Source: Tetramitus jugosus (Eukaryota; Protista; Heterolobosea). Taken from it: a stretch of 64,000 nt of DNA. Location of the stretch: NCBI GenBank assembly GCA_937625935.1, contig OW569375.1:186001-250000 (forward strand). The letters are read 5' to 3'. Position 1 is the stretch's first letter. Each line of letters begins with the position of its first letter. The notes under the pieces are model-generated. The model was not told where the DNA came from, ran no database searches, and saw only the letters and a program-made list of their open reading frames with translations. Below, in pieces: positions 21,827-32,809 of this stretch. Position numbers and translations under genes: made by a program.

Positions 21827-22273
21827 ATGATTTCATCCTCACCTACAACTGCATCCTCCACCACCAATACCAACAACAACATTTCTCTCTCTTCCCACGT
21901 TCTAGAAACTGGAGTGATTGGAAAGCCTTATCACAACCTCAAGATCTCACTGTACGTTCGTCCCAGTATTCAAGACGATGTCAATTCTACTACTGATAAC
22001 AAGGAAGCTTTGTTGGCCACTGGTCTGACCAATGACAATGGAAGAGTCACAATGAACGATTGGCAGTGGAACAAGGAGAACAATGGTGGTCACTATCCTA
22101 TTCCTCAGTTGAATGAAGAGGCCATGTATAGAGTGAGATTCTGGTTGAGAGAGAGTGGATATGCGTGCATGTATCCGTTTGTGGACATTCATTTTCAGAT
22201 GAAGCGAGGAGAACATTATCATATTCCATTGTTGTTGAGTCCATTTGGTTATACGACGTACAAGGGCAGTTAG
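21827..22273 (+). CDS. URAH: 5-hydroxyisourate hydrolase (transthyretin-like)
   Basis: LSSHVLE, TNDNGR, YRVRF, YPFVDIHF, HYHIPLLLSPFGYTTYKGS. Confidence 0.92.
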   Translation: MISSSPTTASSTTNTNNNISLSSHVLETGVIGKPYHNLKISLYVRPSIQDDVNSTTDNKEALLATGLTNDNGRVTMNDWQWNKENNGGHYPIPQLNEEAMYRVRFWLRESGYACMYPFVDIHFQMKRGEHYHIPLLLSPFGYTTYKGS

Positions 22274-22339
22274 GGATTGTTTTTTTGTGTGTGTGTGTTG
22301 ATGATGGTCACGTCATGCATTTTAATAAAATCCATTATA

Positions 22340-22961
22340 GCACCCAACAAAGGTACACAACCATCTACACAGATCCTAACTACAAGCAGCAAAAGAGTAT
22401 TACTTTCCAATATCAGAAGGAGCACCAGACAGTGTTAATTGATGAGGATGGCTCCCTTCAACTCCTAAAATAACGAGTGGCAGGGTTATTCAGAATAAGT
22501 CCAACAAGTTTGCATTTCGTTGATATTGAACCAAGGAATGTGTTGTGGGCGAATCTCATATTTACGCGAGAGGATTTGCTTGTCAGAAATGAGCTATTAG
22601 GACCCACTGGGATTGTTCTGCTTTGTCGATAATTATCAGCTCACAGTTGACGAATGCACGGATCCAACCCGAGTCGAATGGTTTTCTCACTACCTCCAAG
22701 CCAGATTTTTCTGATTTTAGATGGTCTGGTGTTACTTACCATACCATTGAACGGGACAATTTTTTCTTCTAAGTGTTTGCAGCATTAGAATGTGTTTCGA
22801 AAGCAAGCCAGATTGATCTATATGATGCCTTTGGTGCATTGAAAGAACAAGTCTCTTATTGTCTTCATAACCTTACTCTCTATCGAGAATTCTCGAGAGG
22901 AGAGTGCAGTAGACCTTATTGTCAGCGCCCTGCACTCTGTATACTACTTGATCCGTGTTGA
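22340..22961 (+). pseudogene. Probable decayed gene fragment
   Basis: About 620 bp of coding-like sequence made of short adjoining frames broken by stops and frame changes. It ends ..LLDPC* directly before AATAAA and has no start or recognisable family. Confidence 0.4.
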
Positions 22962-23062
22962 ATAAATAGAGTTTACAACAATACAAGTGACTTGTCAACT
23001 CAACACGATATTCTATTGACACCTGAGGCAATGTTTGAGCCAATACGGGCAAATTACTTTTT

Positions 23063-23536
23063 TCATCTCTTTGTCAAAATCAAAAGCAAAACCCTTGCAA
23101 TAGACTTTAGAAGCATCAATTGGTTTCCTAACAAGGGCAACAAAACGCTCAAAACGGGCTGAAGTACAATGAGACGCATGACTCGATATCGATCATATCT
23201 CGATCCAAAAGCAGGAGAAAGCGCAGCTTTCGTTGTGGCCAAAACGAGTGATTTCTTGGACGCGTGCCTCCTGTGCAACATCATTGCATGTCTCTGCCAA
23301 TCTCCTTCCCCACCAATCTCTGTCAACTCCTTTCGTAGATCCCTCTGCCGCACGTCTCTCTCACGCGTTAATCTCTCGTATTTCTGCTTTAGTGCCTCAA
23401 AGGTTTCGTCTGATCGAACAAGGGATAATACATCTCTGGTGTCATTAACAGCGAGCATCTTCTCTACGGCACGCCTCATCAAAATGGGAGTGCTGTCGAG
23501 TGATGTGTGATGGGGATTTCTCTTTGTTTGGTGCAT
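23063..23536 (-). CDS. Hypothetical protein (157 aa; C-terminus possibly frameshifted)
   Basis: ATG after an A-rich leader and a coiled-coil-like middle. An overlapping shifted frame (23192-23013) offers an alternative Cys-rich C-terminus. Confidence 0.5.
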   Translation of the reverse strand: MHQTKRNPHHTSLDSTPILMRRAVEKMLAVNDTRDVLSLVRSDETFEALKQKYERLTRERDVRQRDLRKELTEIGGEGDWQRHAMMLHRRHASKKSLVLATTKAALSPAFGSRYDRYRVMRLIVLQPVLSVLLPLLGNQLMLLKSIARVLLLILTKR

Positions 23537-23816
23537 TTTTTTTTCTTAGTTTTTTTCGGGCAAGTTTCACTTGAGATTTTTTGCCCAGCTTTCCATTCTA
23601 TTCGTGGCTATCTGACAGCAGAAGAGATGAAGCCTCTTATGGCAACTAACACAGGGGAAACACGCGTGTGGTAACGATTGTTGATGGACATTTTGTGGAC
23701 ATACATGAGTGAAATAGGGTTGCTTTAATAATGATTGTTTTTGGGAAGCCTAATGTGTGTTTGTTCTTCTTGTTGTTTCGTCTCTCGGGAAAAATTGATA
23801 TGTTACAGCTCATTGC

Positions 23817-24155
23817 TCATGATGCGGTTATTATGCCTACTCGATCCCAGAACAACACGCATCCATGAGTGTCCGACCGTGAGACGTACATCTTCACATT
23901 TTTCACATTGCCGTACCTTAGCTCTTGCTCTAGTTGCTCCAGTTGTTTTTGTTGCTCCCGTTCTTTGTCCATGAGACTGACACGCTTCGTACACGGTTCC
24001 TCTGAGTCAGGGTGCACGTAATCAACAGTCAGGTAGTACGATGACTCTTGTTGTAGATATCCGCCAAAGAACAGCAAACGAAGATCAGCTCTAATGGCAT
24101 GATACTCTCGCATAAACAGATCCGAAGTTGCATAGTAGGTGTACATGTTGATCAT
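23817..24155 (-). CDS. Small hypothetical protein (~112 aa)
   Basis: MINMYTYYATSDLF...EQQKQLEQLEQELRY.. preceded by the CAA-rich leader typical of genes in this window. Confidence 0.6.
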   Translation of the reverse strand: MINMYTYYATSDLFMREYHAIRADLRLLFFGGYLQQESSYYLTVDYVHPDSEEPCTKRVSLMDKEREQQKQLEQLEQELRYGNVKNVKMYVSRSDTHGCVLFWDRVGIITAS

Positions 24156-24920
24156 GGCAATTTTGGTTAATCTTGGAAAATGACCGTGGCTTTGTTGTTC
24201 TCTGATTTTGGGGTTTGTTTGTTTGGTTGTTTTGTGTTGTTGTGTTTGTGATGGTCGGTGTGCTGGTGTCCATCTCAATCAGAGACCATTGCAGGGGCCG
24301 ACGAGTTGATTTCTTCTTCAAGCCCCCTGCAGAAAAAATTTGGGGCCCCCAAAGGTCCCAAAGAAGCAAGCATCCGCCTTCCCAAATGTGGTTATTAATT
24401 GCGCAGAAAAAAAATAAAAAAGTCAACCCTCGCCGAGAAAGACGTCCCAGTCACAACAAATCGGCGGTTACGACTACAGTTTCAAACGTTCTTACTGGAG
24501 TCGGTAAGAATGAGAGTTCTGTTCCAAAAACTTTCTTTTTTTGTGGTTCGTTCATCTCGTAACTAGCGTCGTTACTTGCGGACCGTTGGAAAAATATTTT
24601 GGAAGTTTGCTGAAGTAATAATGATCATGTTTCGCTCAGTGATTGTCCAATCAATGTGAAATTTATACCTGATCGATTTTTGTGAAATAGTTGTCTCGAA
24701 AATTCTTTCGTTTCCATTTTTTTGTGAGGAAGTTTGTCTTTCCAAAGGGAACAAACTTACTTTACAAAAAAACCTTGAAGCTTACAATGAACTGATGTCA
24801 CACATCGAACTGACCTCCGACAAGAATATCTGGTCCCGAGAATGTAAACCACTCTTCATGCATAAAGAGAGAAGTTGCAAGATGCTTTATTTACAACGTT
24901 GATAGATTACAGTTGATGTC

Positions 24921-26121
24921 TCATTGTTGATAGGTGTGAACCAACTCGTCAAATTCAGCATCCAATTGGTTATATGCCTTGACCCAAGCATGATTCGGTG
25001 CAATGGATTGCAATTGAGTCAAGTACTTTGATATGACTTCCTCTGGCTTCTTCAAATGCTGAGCACATACGATCATATTGATCAATGTGTCTGGATCATT
25101 TGGGGAGAGACCCAAGGCATTCAACAATGTTCTCTCAGCATTTTCAAAGGCACCACTCTGAATCATGCAGAGAGCCAATCCATTCAAAACAGTTAATGAG
25201 TTACCAAACTTCTTTTGGAGCTGTTGGAAAATGATTTCTGCTTCTTCCACTCTTTCATGCCCACCCTTGGCCAATGCCACTAATGCACTTGTTAATTGAG
25301 TGATCGTAGCATCATCATTCATATCAACCATGTGCTTCAATGCCTGTTCAGCAAGGTCCACTCGATTCATACGGATCAGAGTTTTCACTTGTATGGAGAC
25401 TCTGTGGAAATCACAACAAAGATGATTCACAAAAGAAGAAGAAGGACAACAAGGTTAGTCATCAACTCATTTGTTGTTCAACAAGTTATATAAAGTACAT
25501 ACAGTTCCAAGGTGCTTGGATTGTTCACAAGCTTCAATACTTGTGAATCATTGTTCTCATGCAAGAACATGGTAGCTGCAATGGCAACAATAATCGGTTC
25601 CTGAGCTTGCACTGGATCTTCCAAAATTTGAAGAATTTGTTGCGTGGATCTCTTTCTTGAGCTTTCATTCTTGGATTTTAGCGCATAGAGATAGACTGCC
25701 AATAATCTCACAGCCTATCGATCAAAAAAAACAACATGAAATGTCAATGAAACAACATGACATGCATAATAACAACGACAGACATTAGCTATGATCAAAC
25801 ACACATGATAATAAACAAAAACAACTACAATGATCATAGATCTTGAAGCGATCATCATAATCGATTGGATTCAACATCATGATCACATACACGTAGTGTA
25901 GCAGGCGTGTCATCAGAATCACTGACTTGTGAAATGACAGTGTCCAATTCACCAAGTCCAATATTTGCTCTATGCATCAATGCATCTCTCTGAACCTTCA
26001 AATCTGGAGAAGAGACATTGATTTGTTGTGCCTTTGCAAGAGCAACTGCGTAATTTCCAAGGTAGAGTCCATTTCTGATGGGAAAGAGCTCTGCTGGTCC
26101 ATCTAATCCAATAGTCGCCAT
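24921..26121 (-). CDS. COPE: Coatomer subunit epsilon; exons 26121-25891, 25714-25503, 25401-24921
   Basis: ELFPIRNGLYLGNY, MNRVDLAEQAL, DDATITQL, PDTLINMIV, YLTQL..PNHAWV..EFD. Two gtatgt..ag introns restore the frame. Confidence 0.95.
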
Positions 26122-26341
26122 TTTTTAGTGTGTCTTATTGTTGCTTTTTTCTTGTTCGAGAGAGAGATGTTGATGATATCAAACTTGCAAGTTGTTCCCA
26201 AGAGCAGAATCAAATTTTTTGTTTGTTGTTCTAAAAATTGTTTCAAAGAGGAGAAACTGGGAGTCGTTGTAATTTGCAAGAGAGAACGCGCCAAAAGTTG
26301 CAACACGACGATAAAATTTCATCCCAGAACAGAGAGAGAAA

Positions 26342-26840
26342 ATGAATCTAGAGGCACTCGAGGAAGAATTACAACAGACTGCAGAGCAAGTCAAGATGAT
26401 GAAGAAGAGTAATGTTCAACAACGCAGCCAAACATCCGCTGCAAAGCGCTCCATGATTGACAATGATATCGATACTGCTTCAGACAGTGATAGTGATGCA
26501 GAGGAGGACGAACAATTATTACAGTACAGAAAGGAAGCTTATCTGAAAATGAAGACTAGTGCTTCCAATTTGCTTGTAAAGCCATTTTTGATTGGAATGA
26601 GCGTTGCTTTAGGAATGAGCTTTGGTTTGTTATCTCCCTGAAAAATACTTTTTTCTTTTTTGTGCTGTGTGATTGTGGTTGATCCACATATCAAAAGCTT
26701 TTGTTTCTTTCATTGTATTCACTCACGAAATGATGTTTTCTTTGGATGATTGTTTTTGTTCTCTAATGATGCATACAACAACAGGATATGGAGTGTATGA
26801 TTTCATGGCTTCCATTTTCAGAAGAAACAACAATAAATAA
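26342..26840 (+). CDS. Small single-pass membrane protein (weak Mim1/Tom13-like TM); exons 26342-26624, 26785-26840
   Basis: Acidic N-terminal region, then NLLVKPFLIGMSVALGMSF|GYGVYDFMASIFRRNNNK* after removing a 160-bp gtttgt..aacag intron. Confidence 0.7.
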
Positions 26841-26962
26841 CCAGTTCTTGTACAAAGAGAACAACATTTTGTCATTCTTTGCTGCTCTTTCATGTGAACG
26901 TTCGTTTTCGCGCCAAAGAATTTTTACTTCTCTTCGGACCCAGAAACAAGCTGTTTTCATGA

Positions 26963-27674
26963 ATGCAAGTCAACGAGTATCATAGCAGAGCTCTCAAGAT
27001 ACAGTCACTATGGAGAGGATACACTTGTAGGAAAGCTCTAAAGTCAATTACAAAGCAATATGAGGACATACTGAAGGAAGTCGAAGGACATATCTCGATG
27101 GTGCAATGGACGAGAAGGAATTGTTGCTTACCGAAACTTCGGGTGATCAATGCTTCATTAGAGTAAGTTCTTCATTTTTTAACTTTTTGTTCTGAGAGAA
27201 GTGGATTGATCGTTTGATTTGCATGATGATAGTGAAGATATGTTGCTCAAGAAGGAAACAAAAACTCCTCAGAAATCTCATGTACATTCTCCACAGAGTT
27301 CTTTGGTTTCCATAAATGATTTGACTAGTAATACAATGTTTATACAACCAGAGCAAGACATTCAAGGTGAATTAGAGATATCTCACTCTGCAACAGAAGG
27401 GGAATCAATCAACTCGATAGATAAGAGCGAGATTTCACAATTTCTAGAACTGAAGGGGGAGATTTTAGAGGGTACTCATGAAGAAGTTATCATATCAGGA
27501 GGGGAAGTAGTTGAAATGTCTTCCAAAACAAAATCAGAAAGCTTGAATGTCAGCTCTGAGATTATTGACTTGGAGAGTGAGCGGATTATGATAGAACTCG
27601 AATTAGTGACTGCTAAAGAAGCACTCAAGAAGAGAAAGGAAATGATTAAAAATTCTGTGAGTAGAAAGTATTGA
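26963..27674 (+). CDS. IQCC: IQ domain-containing protein C-like; exons 26963-27162, 27233-27674
   Basis: N-terminal IQ motif IQSLWRGYTCRK followed by YEDILKEVEG..QW..P, and a C-terminal helix LESERIMIELELVTAKEALKKRK, match the IQCC architecture. A 70-bp gtaagt..gatag intron joins the frames. Confidence 0.72.
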
Positions 27675-27735
27675 TGAAAACTAAAATGTTGTTCTCTGTT
27701 GCAATGTATTCCTCCTGTTCGGAGTTCAGAGAGGT

Positions 27736-29238
27736 TTATCGGAACATTTGAAACCTGTCAGAAGAAAAAGAAACATCACGCACGCAAGCCACCAATGTGT
27801 CATGTTCACTCAATTGAAACTCTCTGACATGCTCCTTGCCAAGTCTTGCTCTGAACAGAATGGGTTTCTGGTGAGTGTCATTGTGAAGCATTAGTTTCAC
27901 AATTGAGAGAAATGGAGCACTCATTCTCATGCGCAACTCTCCTTCGAGCATATCAATCATTTCATTGTAAGTCATCATTTCACTACTACGTTGTTCACTC
28001 TCACGATTCAAAGTTGGATCATTTTGAATGAATGCATTGTATGTACCTAGTAACAACACTCGACCATCATCGCCCCATGTATGTACCTTGATTGACAGGA
28101 TCAAGCTTGACAAATGATTGTCGCTTTCGAGGTCGTGATGATTGTTAATGGATTGATTCGGTGTAATTGTTTTCATCATCATTTCCATCCAAGCGCTGTC
28201 GTCGTAATCATCATGCATTGTATTCGAGGAGAGGAATGATAGTGGATCATCATTGAGGAATACCTCTTGTTCGTCATATTCTTGCTGTTGTTGTATTTTG
28301 ACTAAGGCATTCGAATCAATCTCCTCTTCGATGATTGCTGATGGCGATTGAGTAGTGTCGTGATTCGTGGAGAGTAAGATTGAGGAGTCCATTACTGCTG
28401 TGGTTGTTGTTGTTGTTGTCGATTCATCATGTACCACACTCGTATCATTATGCATATCATGGTCATCATCATTCTCACTATCATTCTCATGCTCGTTGTT
28501 CTTCCTACAGTTCGTATTAGATTCTCCATGTCGTTGACTAGGACTGTCCATGTCATGTGATTCTTCAGCATGCTTGTCATGAAGAATGCGATTACGATTT
28601 CGATTTCGAGCTCTCAGTGCACGCATCGAAGCTTTACCTCCCTTGTTGTCGCTGCCATCTCTATAATCACCATCTCCATTATCATCATCAGTCTCGTCAC
28701 TCTGTGTGGACAATAGAGCCTTTGTTGATGCGTGAGTAGCACTCGTACCACAGTTTTTCAACTTTTTCGCCTTGACATAGCACAATTGACACACTTTGAC
28801 TCCATTGTGAAGTGGTGCCTTTGGATTCAATTGTACATAAATGTCCATGTACGTGTGATTATGAAAATTGTATTGATGATCATTGATGGGTGAGTCGCAG
28901 CAGGCACAAGTCACCTTTTGAATCATGTTGACATGTGCTTTGCTTGCACTGACGCATCGAAGACAGACCTTGTTGTTGTTGGATGGTGATGATACATTGG
29001 GGAAGAGAGCAATCAACAAGTGCTCATACTGGGAAAAATTGTACACTGTTTTTGTGGTAATGGGTTGATCGCAGCAGCAACAGTAGTGACGAGAGCCCTT
29101 CTTTTTCCTTGTTGATTTCTTGTTGTGTGTATTGGAGGATGAAGTTTTCTTCTTCTTGATTGTGGAAGTAGAGGAACTGTTGATGGTTGTGGAAGTTCTT
29201 TTATGCTTGTTGTTTGGTTGTTGCTTGATCGCCTTCAT
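27736..29238 (-). CDS. Low-complexity nuclear-type protein with duplicated Cys4 zinc-finger-like repeat
   Basis: Two repeats CxCCD-x-PI..YNF..KVCxxC, a basic N-terminus and an acidic Asn/His-rich middle. Confidence 0.8.
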   Translation of the reverse strand: MKAIKQQPNNKHKRTSTTINSSSTSTIKKKKTSSSNTHNKKSTRKKKGSRHYCCCCDQPITTKTVYNFSQYEHLLIALFPNVSSPSNNNKVCLRCVSASKAHVNMIQKVTCACCDSPINDHQYNFHNHTYMDIYVQLNPKAPLHNGVKVCQLCYVKAKKLKNCGTSATHASTKALLSTQSDETDDDNGDGDYRDGSDNKGGKASMRALRARNRNRNRILHDKHAEESHDMDSPSQRHGESNTNCRKNNEHENDSENDDDHDMHNDTSVVHDESTTTTTTTAVMDSSILLSTNHDTTQSPSAIIEEEIDSNALVKIQQQQEYDEQEVFLNDDPLSFLSSNTMHDDYDDSAWMEMMMKTITPNQSINNHHDLESDNHLSSLILSIKVHTWGDDGRVLLLGTYNAFIQNDPTLNRESEQRSSEMMTYNEMIDMLEGELRMRMSAPFLSIVKLMLHNDTHQKPILFRARLGKEHVREFQLSEHDTLVACVRDVSFSSDRFQMFR

Positions 29239-29442
29239 TCTTGGATTGTATTGCTGTACTGTTGTTGTTGGTTGATGTTGAGTGTTGTTGAATGATGAGT
29301 GTTTGTATGTGATGTAAACTCACTTTGTTGTATTGTAGTTTGTTGTTGTTACTTTGGTGTTGAGAGCTTTTTCACTGTTGCACTTGACAGATGATTCCGT
29401 AGTCGGGGAGACAGTTCGATTGGCGCTAAAGTTTACAATGAA

Positions 29443-31716
29443 TTATCGTGTATCCACAATGTTGTTGATCCAATCACACAAACGAGAGCTTGCTTGTTTT
29501 GATTCTGGGACAACGTCAATGAGATTCAGATAACCGTGACCCAATGAGTCATAGACATCAAACTTGATAAACTCTTTGCCCTTTACATCTTCGATTCTCT
29601 TCGCCAAATAAACCGAATCATCAAACAATGGGTCTAGAGCTCCAACATTGATGTATGTGCGTGGAAACTTCTTTAAGATTTCGTCTGGTGTCATAGCAGG
29701 GGAGATAAATGGGTTCCTGAATGCATTGTTTTCAATATCTACCTCCTTTGGATTCATGTAATACTCCAGTCCGCACAACTCGAGAAGCTTAAAGTTGAGT
29801 AATGGATCGAGGAGAGACATAATTCGAGCTGGAGAAGGTGCCAAGTGAAGATTAGTCGCAGGGTAAGATAGAGCTAGACCATCGGGTAGCCGAATCCCAT
29901 CTTGAATCGCTCTGAGCAATACAGCCAGGATTAAATTACCTCCGGCACTATCTCCTGTGAAGATAATATTGTCTAGGCTGACTCCTAAAGTTTTCTCGGC
30001 ATTTTCCAAAACCCACTTGTATGCTTGATAACATTCCTCTAATTGTACAGGATACTGGTGGTCAGGTGTATTGGTGTAATCCACAGAGATGATGGGTAGG
30101 TTTGTTTGCTTCGCCCAAGGTCTCAAGTAGCACTCGTGTGAAAAGGAAGACATAGCAAGAAAGCCCCCGCCATGTACGTGGAATATGAGACCCTTTTTGA
30201 GATTTGTATCCTGAGAAGAACCACCACTGACTAACATCTTTCCGTACTTGTATACTTGACGTAATATCGTGCTCATGTAAGGGTAATCTGATAGTAAGGA
30301 CATACTCGGTTCTCCCGTTGAATTCTTTTGCATATTTGGTAGAGAAGAGGATGATATAAAACGTATATCAACATTATCTGGTAGCGACCTCTTAGTAGAG
30401 CATAGAATATCTGGTATTTGGTGACAGTAGAATGAGAATTCCTTCATTGATGCCCTACCAACCAACTGTGAGTCTATATGTCCCTCATGAAGGCTCTTCT
30501 TTGTGTTTTCTGCTTGCTTCTCTTCTTGCTTCTTTAATTCTTCTCTCACAGTTTTGGTACGCTCTTTGTTGTACTCTTTAGGCAGTGCCAATGGAATTTT
30601 GAATACTCCTGATACCTCAATTGGAGTCAATATCAAGAAGGATAAATATTTAACAATCGGATTCTTATCCTGCATGGTCCATAGTCCCTTTCCACTCTCA
30701 ATACTTATATTCTTTGTGAAGAAAGTGTATGCTTGTTCTGCTGCTCTTTTCGAGTTCCAAAAGTGCATAAGATTAGAAGCAAAGAACATGGGTGTTCTCA
30801 GGATGGGATCATACCCTAGAGAGAAGTTGTGAGAGGCTGTAACCGTAACCATTAAGCCATAGAACAGTTTTAACATTGGTGCATACTGTTCTCCAAGAGT
30901 TTCGAAGTAATCCTTGACATCCAGTTCGATTAATTCCTCATAGTCCCGGATGTTTAAACGATCTGAGAACGGATAATACAGATGGCGATATTCCAATGAT
31001 TGACCATCCGATTGGTACCTTTTCACGGCATCCATCTTATCTCGTATCAAAATAGTCGCCATGTAGCACAAAGTAACGAGCACATGAAGCATTCTGGCTT
31101 GTTTTTCCATCAGGTGAGACGGAAGGGATCGGACATGGCGATACTTGAGCAGCTGCTTCACAAACACTTGATCCAAAGTGTATTTCAACGTTAAAAACAG
31201 TGCTCTAAACTCGAAATGAAACGACCGTATTGATGTTTCCTGTTCTGACTGAGCCTTAAATTGCTCATGGAGGCCGTACAAGTGTGAAAGACTATCCCGT
31301 ATTTCCATCAAATGGCCATGCAGTTGTTGCAAAAGAGCCTTGTATGATTCGATAACGCCGCTTGTATTCATTTCTTCTTCCTTTACCTTGTCAATTAATT
31401 GTTGAACATTGTCAATGACACTCGATAAGAGTTGATCGTTGGTTTCAACGAGAGAAGTACCATTGTTGGATGCAACAGCATTGAAACGTCCATTCAACAC
31501 AGTTTTGCCACCTGCTTGGTGATGAATATAGAGACCATAATCACTATGATTCATCTTCAGCAGGCTACTGTTACACGAGTGCAGAGATCTCTTGCTTGGA
31601 CAAGCAATTGGGACAGCATTAACACTTGTATTGTGAGTAGGAGTAAAACTGGCCCTTGGCAATCCACCACCATACCGGCATCTCTTGCTGGATGCTATCT
31701 TGAAACATCTCTTCAT
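29443..31716 (-). CDS. LIPE: Hormone-sensitive lipase homolog (HSL family alpha/beta hydrolase)
   Basis: FHVHGGGFLAMSSFSHECYLRPWA, ISVDY, TGDSAGGNL, SPARIMSLLDPLL, NPFISP, LDPLFDDSV, HGYLNL. The start is uncertain (ORF open to 31875). Confidence 0.9.
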   Translation of the reverse strand: MKRCFKIASSKRCRYGGGLPRASFTPTHNTSVNAVPIACPSKRSLHSCNSSLLKMNHSDYGLYIHHQAGGKTVLNGRFNAVASNNGTSLVETNDQLLSSVIDNVQQLIDKVKEEEMNTSGVIESYKALLQQLHGHLMEIRDSLSHLYGLHEQFKAQSEQETSIRSFHFEFRALFLTLKYTLDQVFVKQLLKYRHVRSLPSHLMEKQARMLHVLVTLCYMATILIRDKMDAVKRYQSDGQSLEYRHLYYPFSDRLNIRDYEELIELDVKDYFETLGEQYAPMLKLFYGLMVTVTASHNFSLGYDPILRTPMFFASNLMHFWNSKRAAEQAYTFFTKNISIESGKGLWTMQDKNPIVKYLSFLILTPIEVSGVFKIPLALPKEYNKERTKTVREELKKQEEKQAENTKKSLHEGHIDSQLVGRASMKEFSFYCHQIPDILCSTKRSLPDNVDIRFISSSSLPNMQKNSTGEPSMSLLSDYPYMSTILRQVYKYGKMLVSGGSSQDTNLKKGLIFHVHGGGFLAMSSFSHECYLRPWAKQTNLPIISVDYTNTPDHQYPVQLEECYQAYKWVLENAEKTLGVSLDNIIFTGDSAGGNLILAVLLRAIQDGIRLPDGLALSYPATNLHLAPSPARIMSLLDPLLNFKLLELCGLEYYMNPKEVDIENNAFRNPFISPAMTPDEILKKFPRTYINVGALDPLFDDSVYLAKRIEDVKGKEFIKFDVYDSLGHGYLNLIDVVPESKQASSRLCDWINNIVDTR

Positions 31717-31921
31717 TGTTTTTTTTGTGAATGCTGTCTTGGGTATTTCTCGGATCTTGAGAGCTGTTTTGTTCAGTATCCTAAATGAGGTTGGAGTTTT
31801 GCCGTGTTGTTGATCTGTGAATTTATCTCTGATCTCCTCTCCAACCAGTGAGATCTCACATATTGAGATGTTCAACTAAAGATCAGAATACAATCAACCA
31901 ACACAAATACAATACAACAAG

Positions 31922-32674
31922 ATGGTAGAAACTGTTAATATTCAGAAGGGAAAGGAAAAGTTTGCGACAACTTCCTTTGATTGGAAGAAGGGATTATCAG
32001 AGCAACTCAAGTTCAAGCAAATTTCAAGCAAGGGCAACCACATCTGGGCCATTTCAACAGACAATAGACTCTGGCATCGAGAGTTAGATGGTTCCTGGAA
32101 GTGTATCGAGCAGGAAAAGATGTGTGACGTGAGTGTTGGAACAGATGGTTCGGTTATTGCTCTATCAGAGTCTGAAGGATATCCTTACATACTGGACAAG
32201 AAGAAATTGAATTTCCTTCAATTGGAGAACCCTATTCGCTTGAAACAAGTCTCAGTTGGAGATCACAAAACGATTTGGGGTTTGAAGGACGATGGATCCA
32301 CTTGGAAGTTCTTTGAAGATAGTGAAACATGGAAGCAAATGGCTCTCGGTAACATTCACTTTATCAAGTACATTTCTTGTGCAAATGATAAGTCTTGTTG
32401 GGCCATTGATCGAAATGGCGTATGCTTGCGCTGGGAGAAGGATCAATGGAAGGAGGTCAGTAAAGATTACAAGTTCAAAGACATTTCTGCCGCTGGTCAT
32501 GGTGTGGTGTATGGAGTGTTGGAAGACAGTGGCCAAGTTCTCTTCTGGAACAGCAGCAAGGAGTGCTTTGAGAAGTATGACAAGCAAGTACCTTCACATT
32601 TGAAGAACATTACTGCTGTTGATGAGAATCACTGGTTTGGTATCGATGAGAACGGCAAAATTGAATACTTGTAA
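31922..32674 (+). CDS. Tectonin-like six-bladed beta-propeller (lectin-like)
   Basis: Repeats of the form (F/L)KQISxG..WG/A(I/L)..W, e.g. LKQVSVGDHKTIWGL and FKDISAAGHGVVYGV. Confidence 0.85.
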   Translation: MVETVNIQKGKEKFATTSFDWKKGLSEQLKFKQISSKGNHIWAISTDNRLWHRELDGSWKCIEQEKMCDVSVGTDGSVIALSESEGYPYILDKKKLNFLQLENPIRLKQVSVGDHKTIWGLKDDGSTWKFFEDSETWKQMALGNIHFIKYISCANDKSCWAIDRNGVCLRWEKDQWKEVSKDYKFKDISAAGHGVVYGVLEDSGQVLFWNSSKECFEKYDKQVPSHLKNITAVDENHWFGIDENGKIEYL

Positions 32675-32809
32675 ATAGCAATACTGGAATAATAATTAAT
32701 ATATTAAATTAATGGTGAGCCTCCATTTGGTAGATATGATGCCTATTCTTACAAATCGAGTATCCAAGAGTACTGGGTACAAACTGGGTGGTGATATCCG
32801 AAACAAAAG

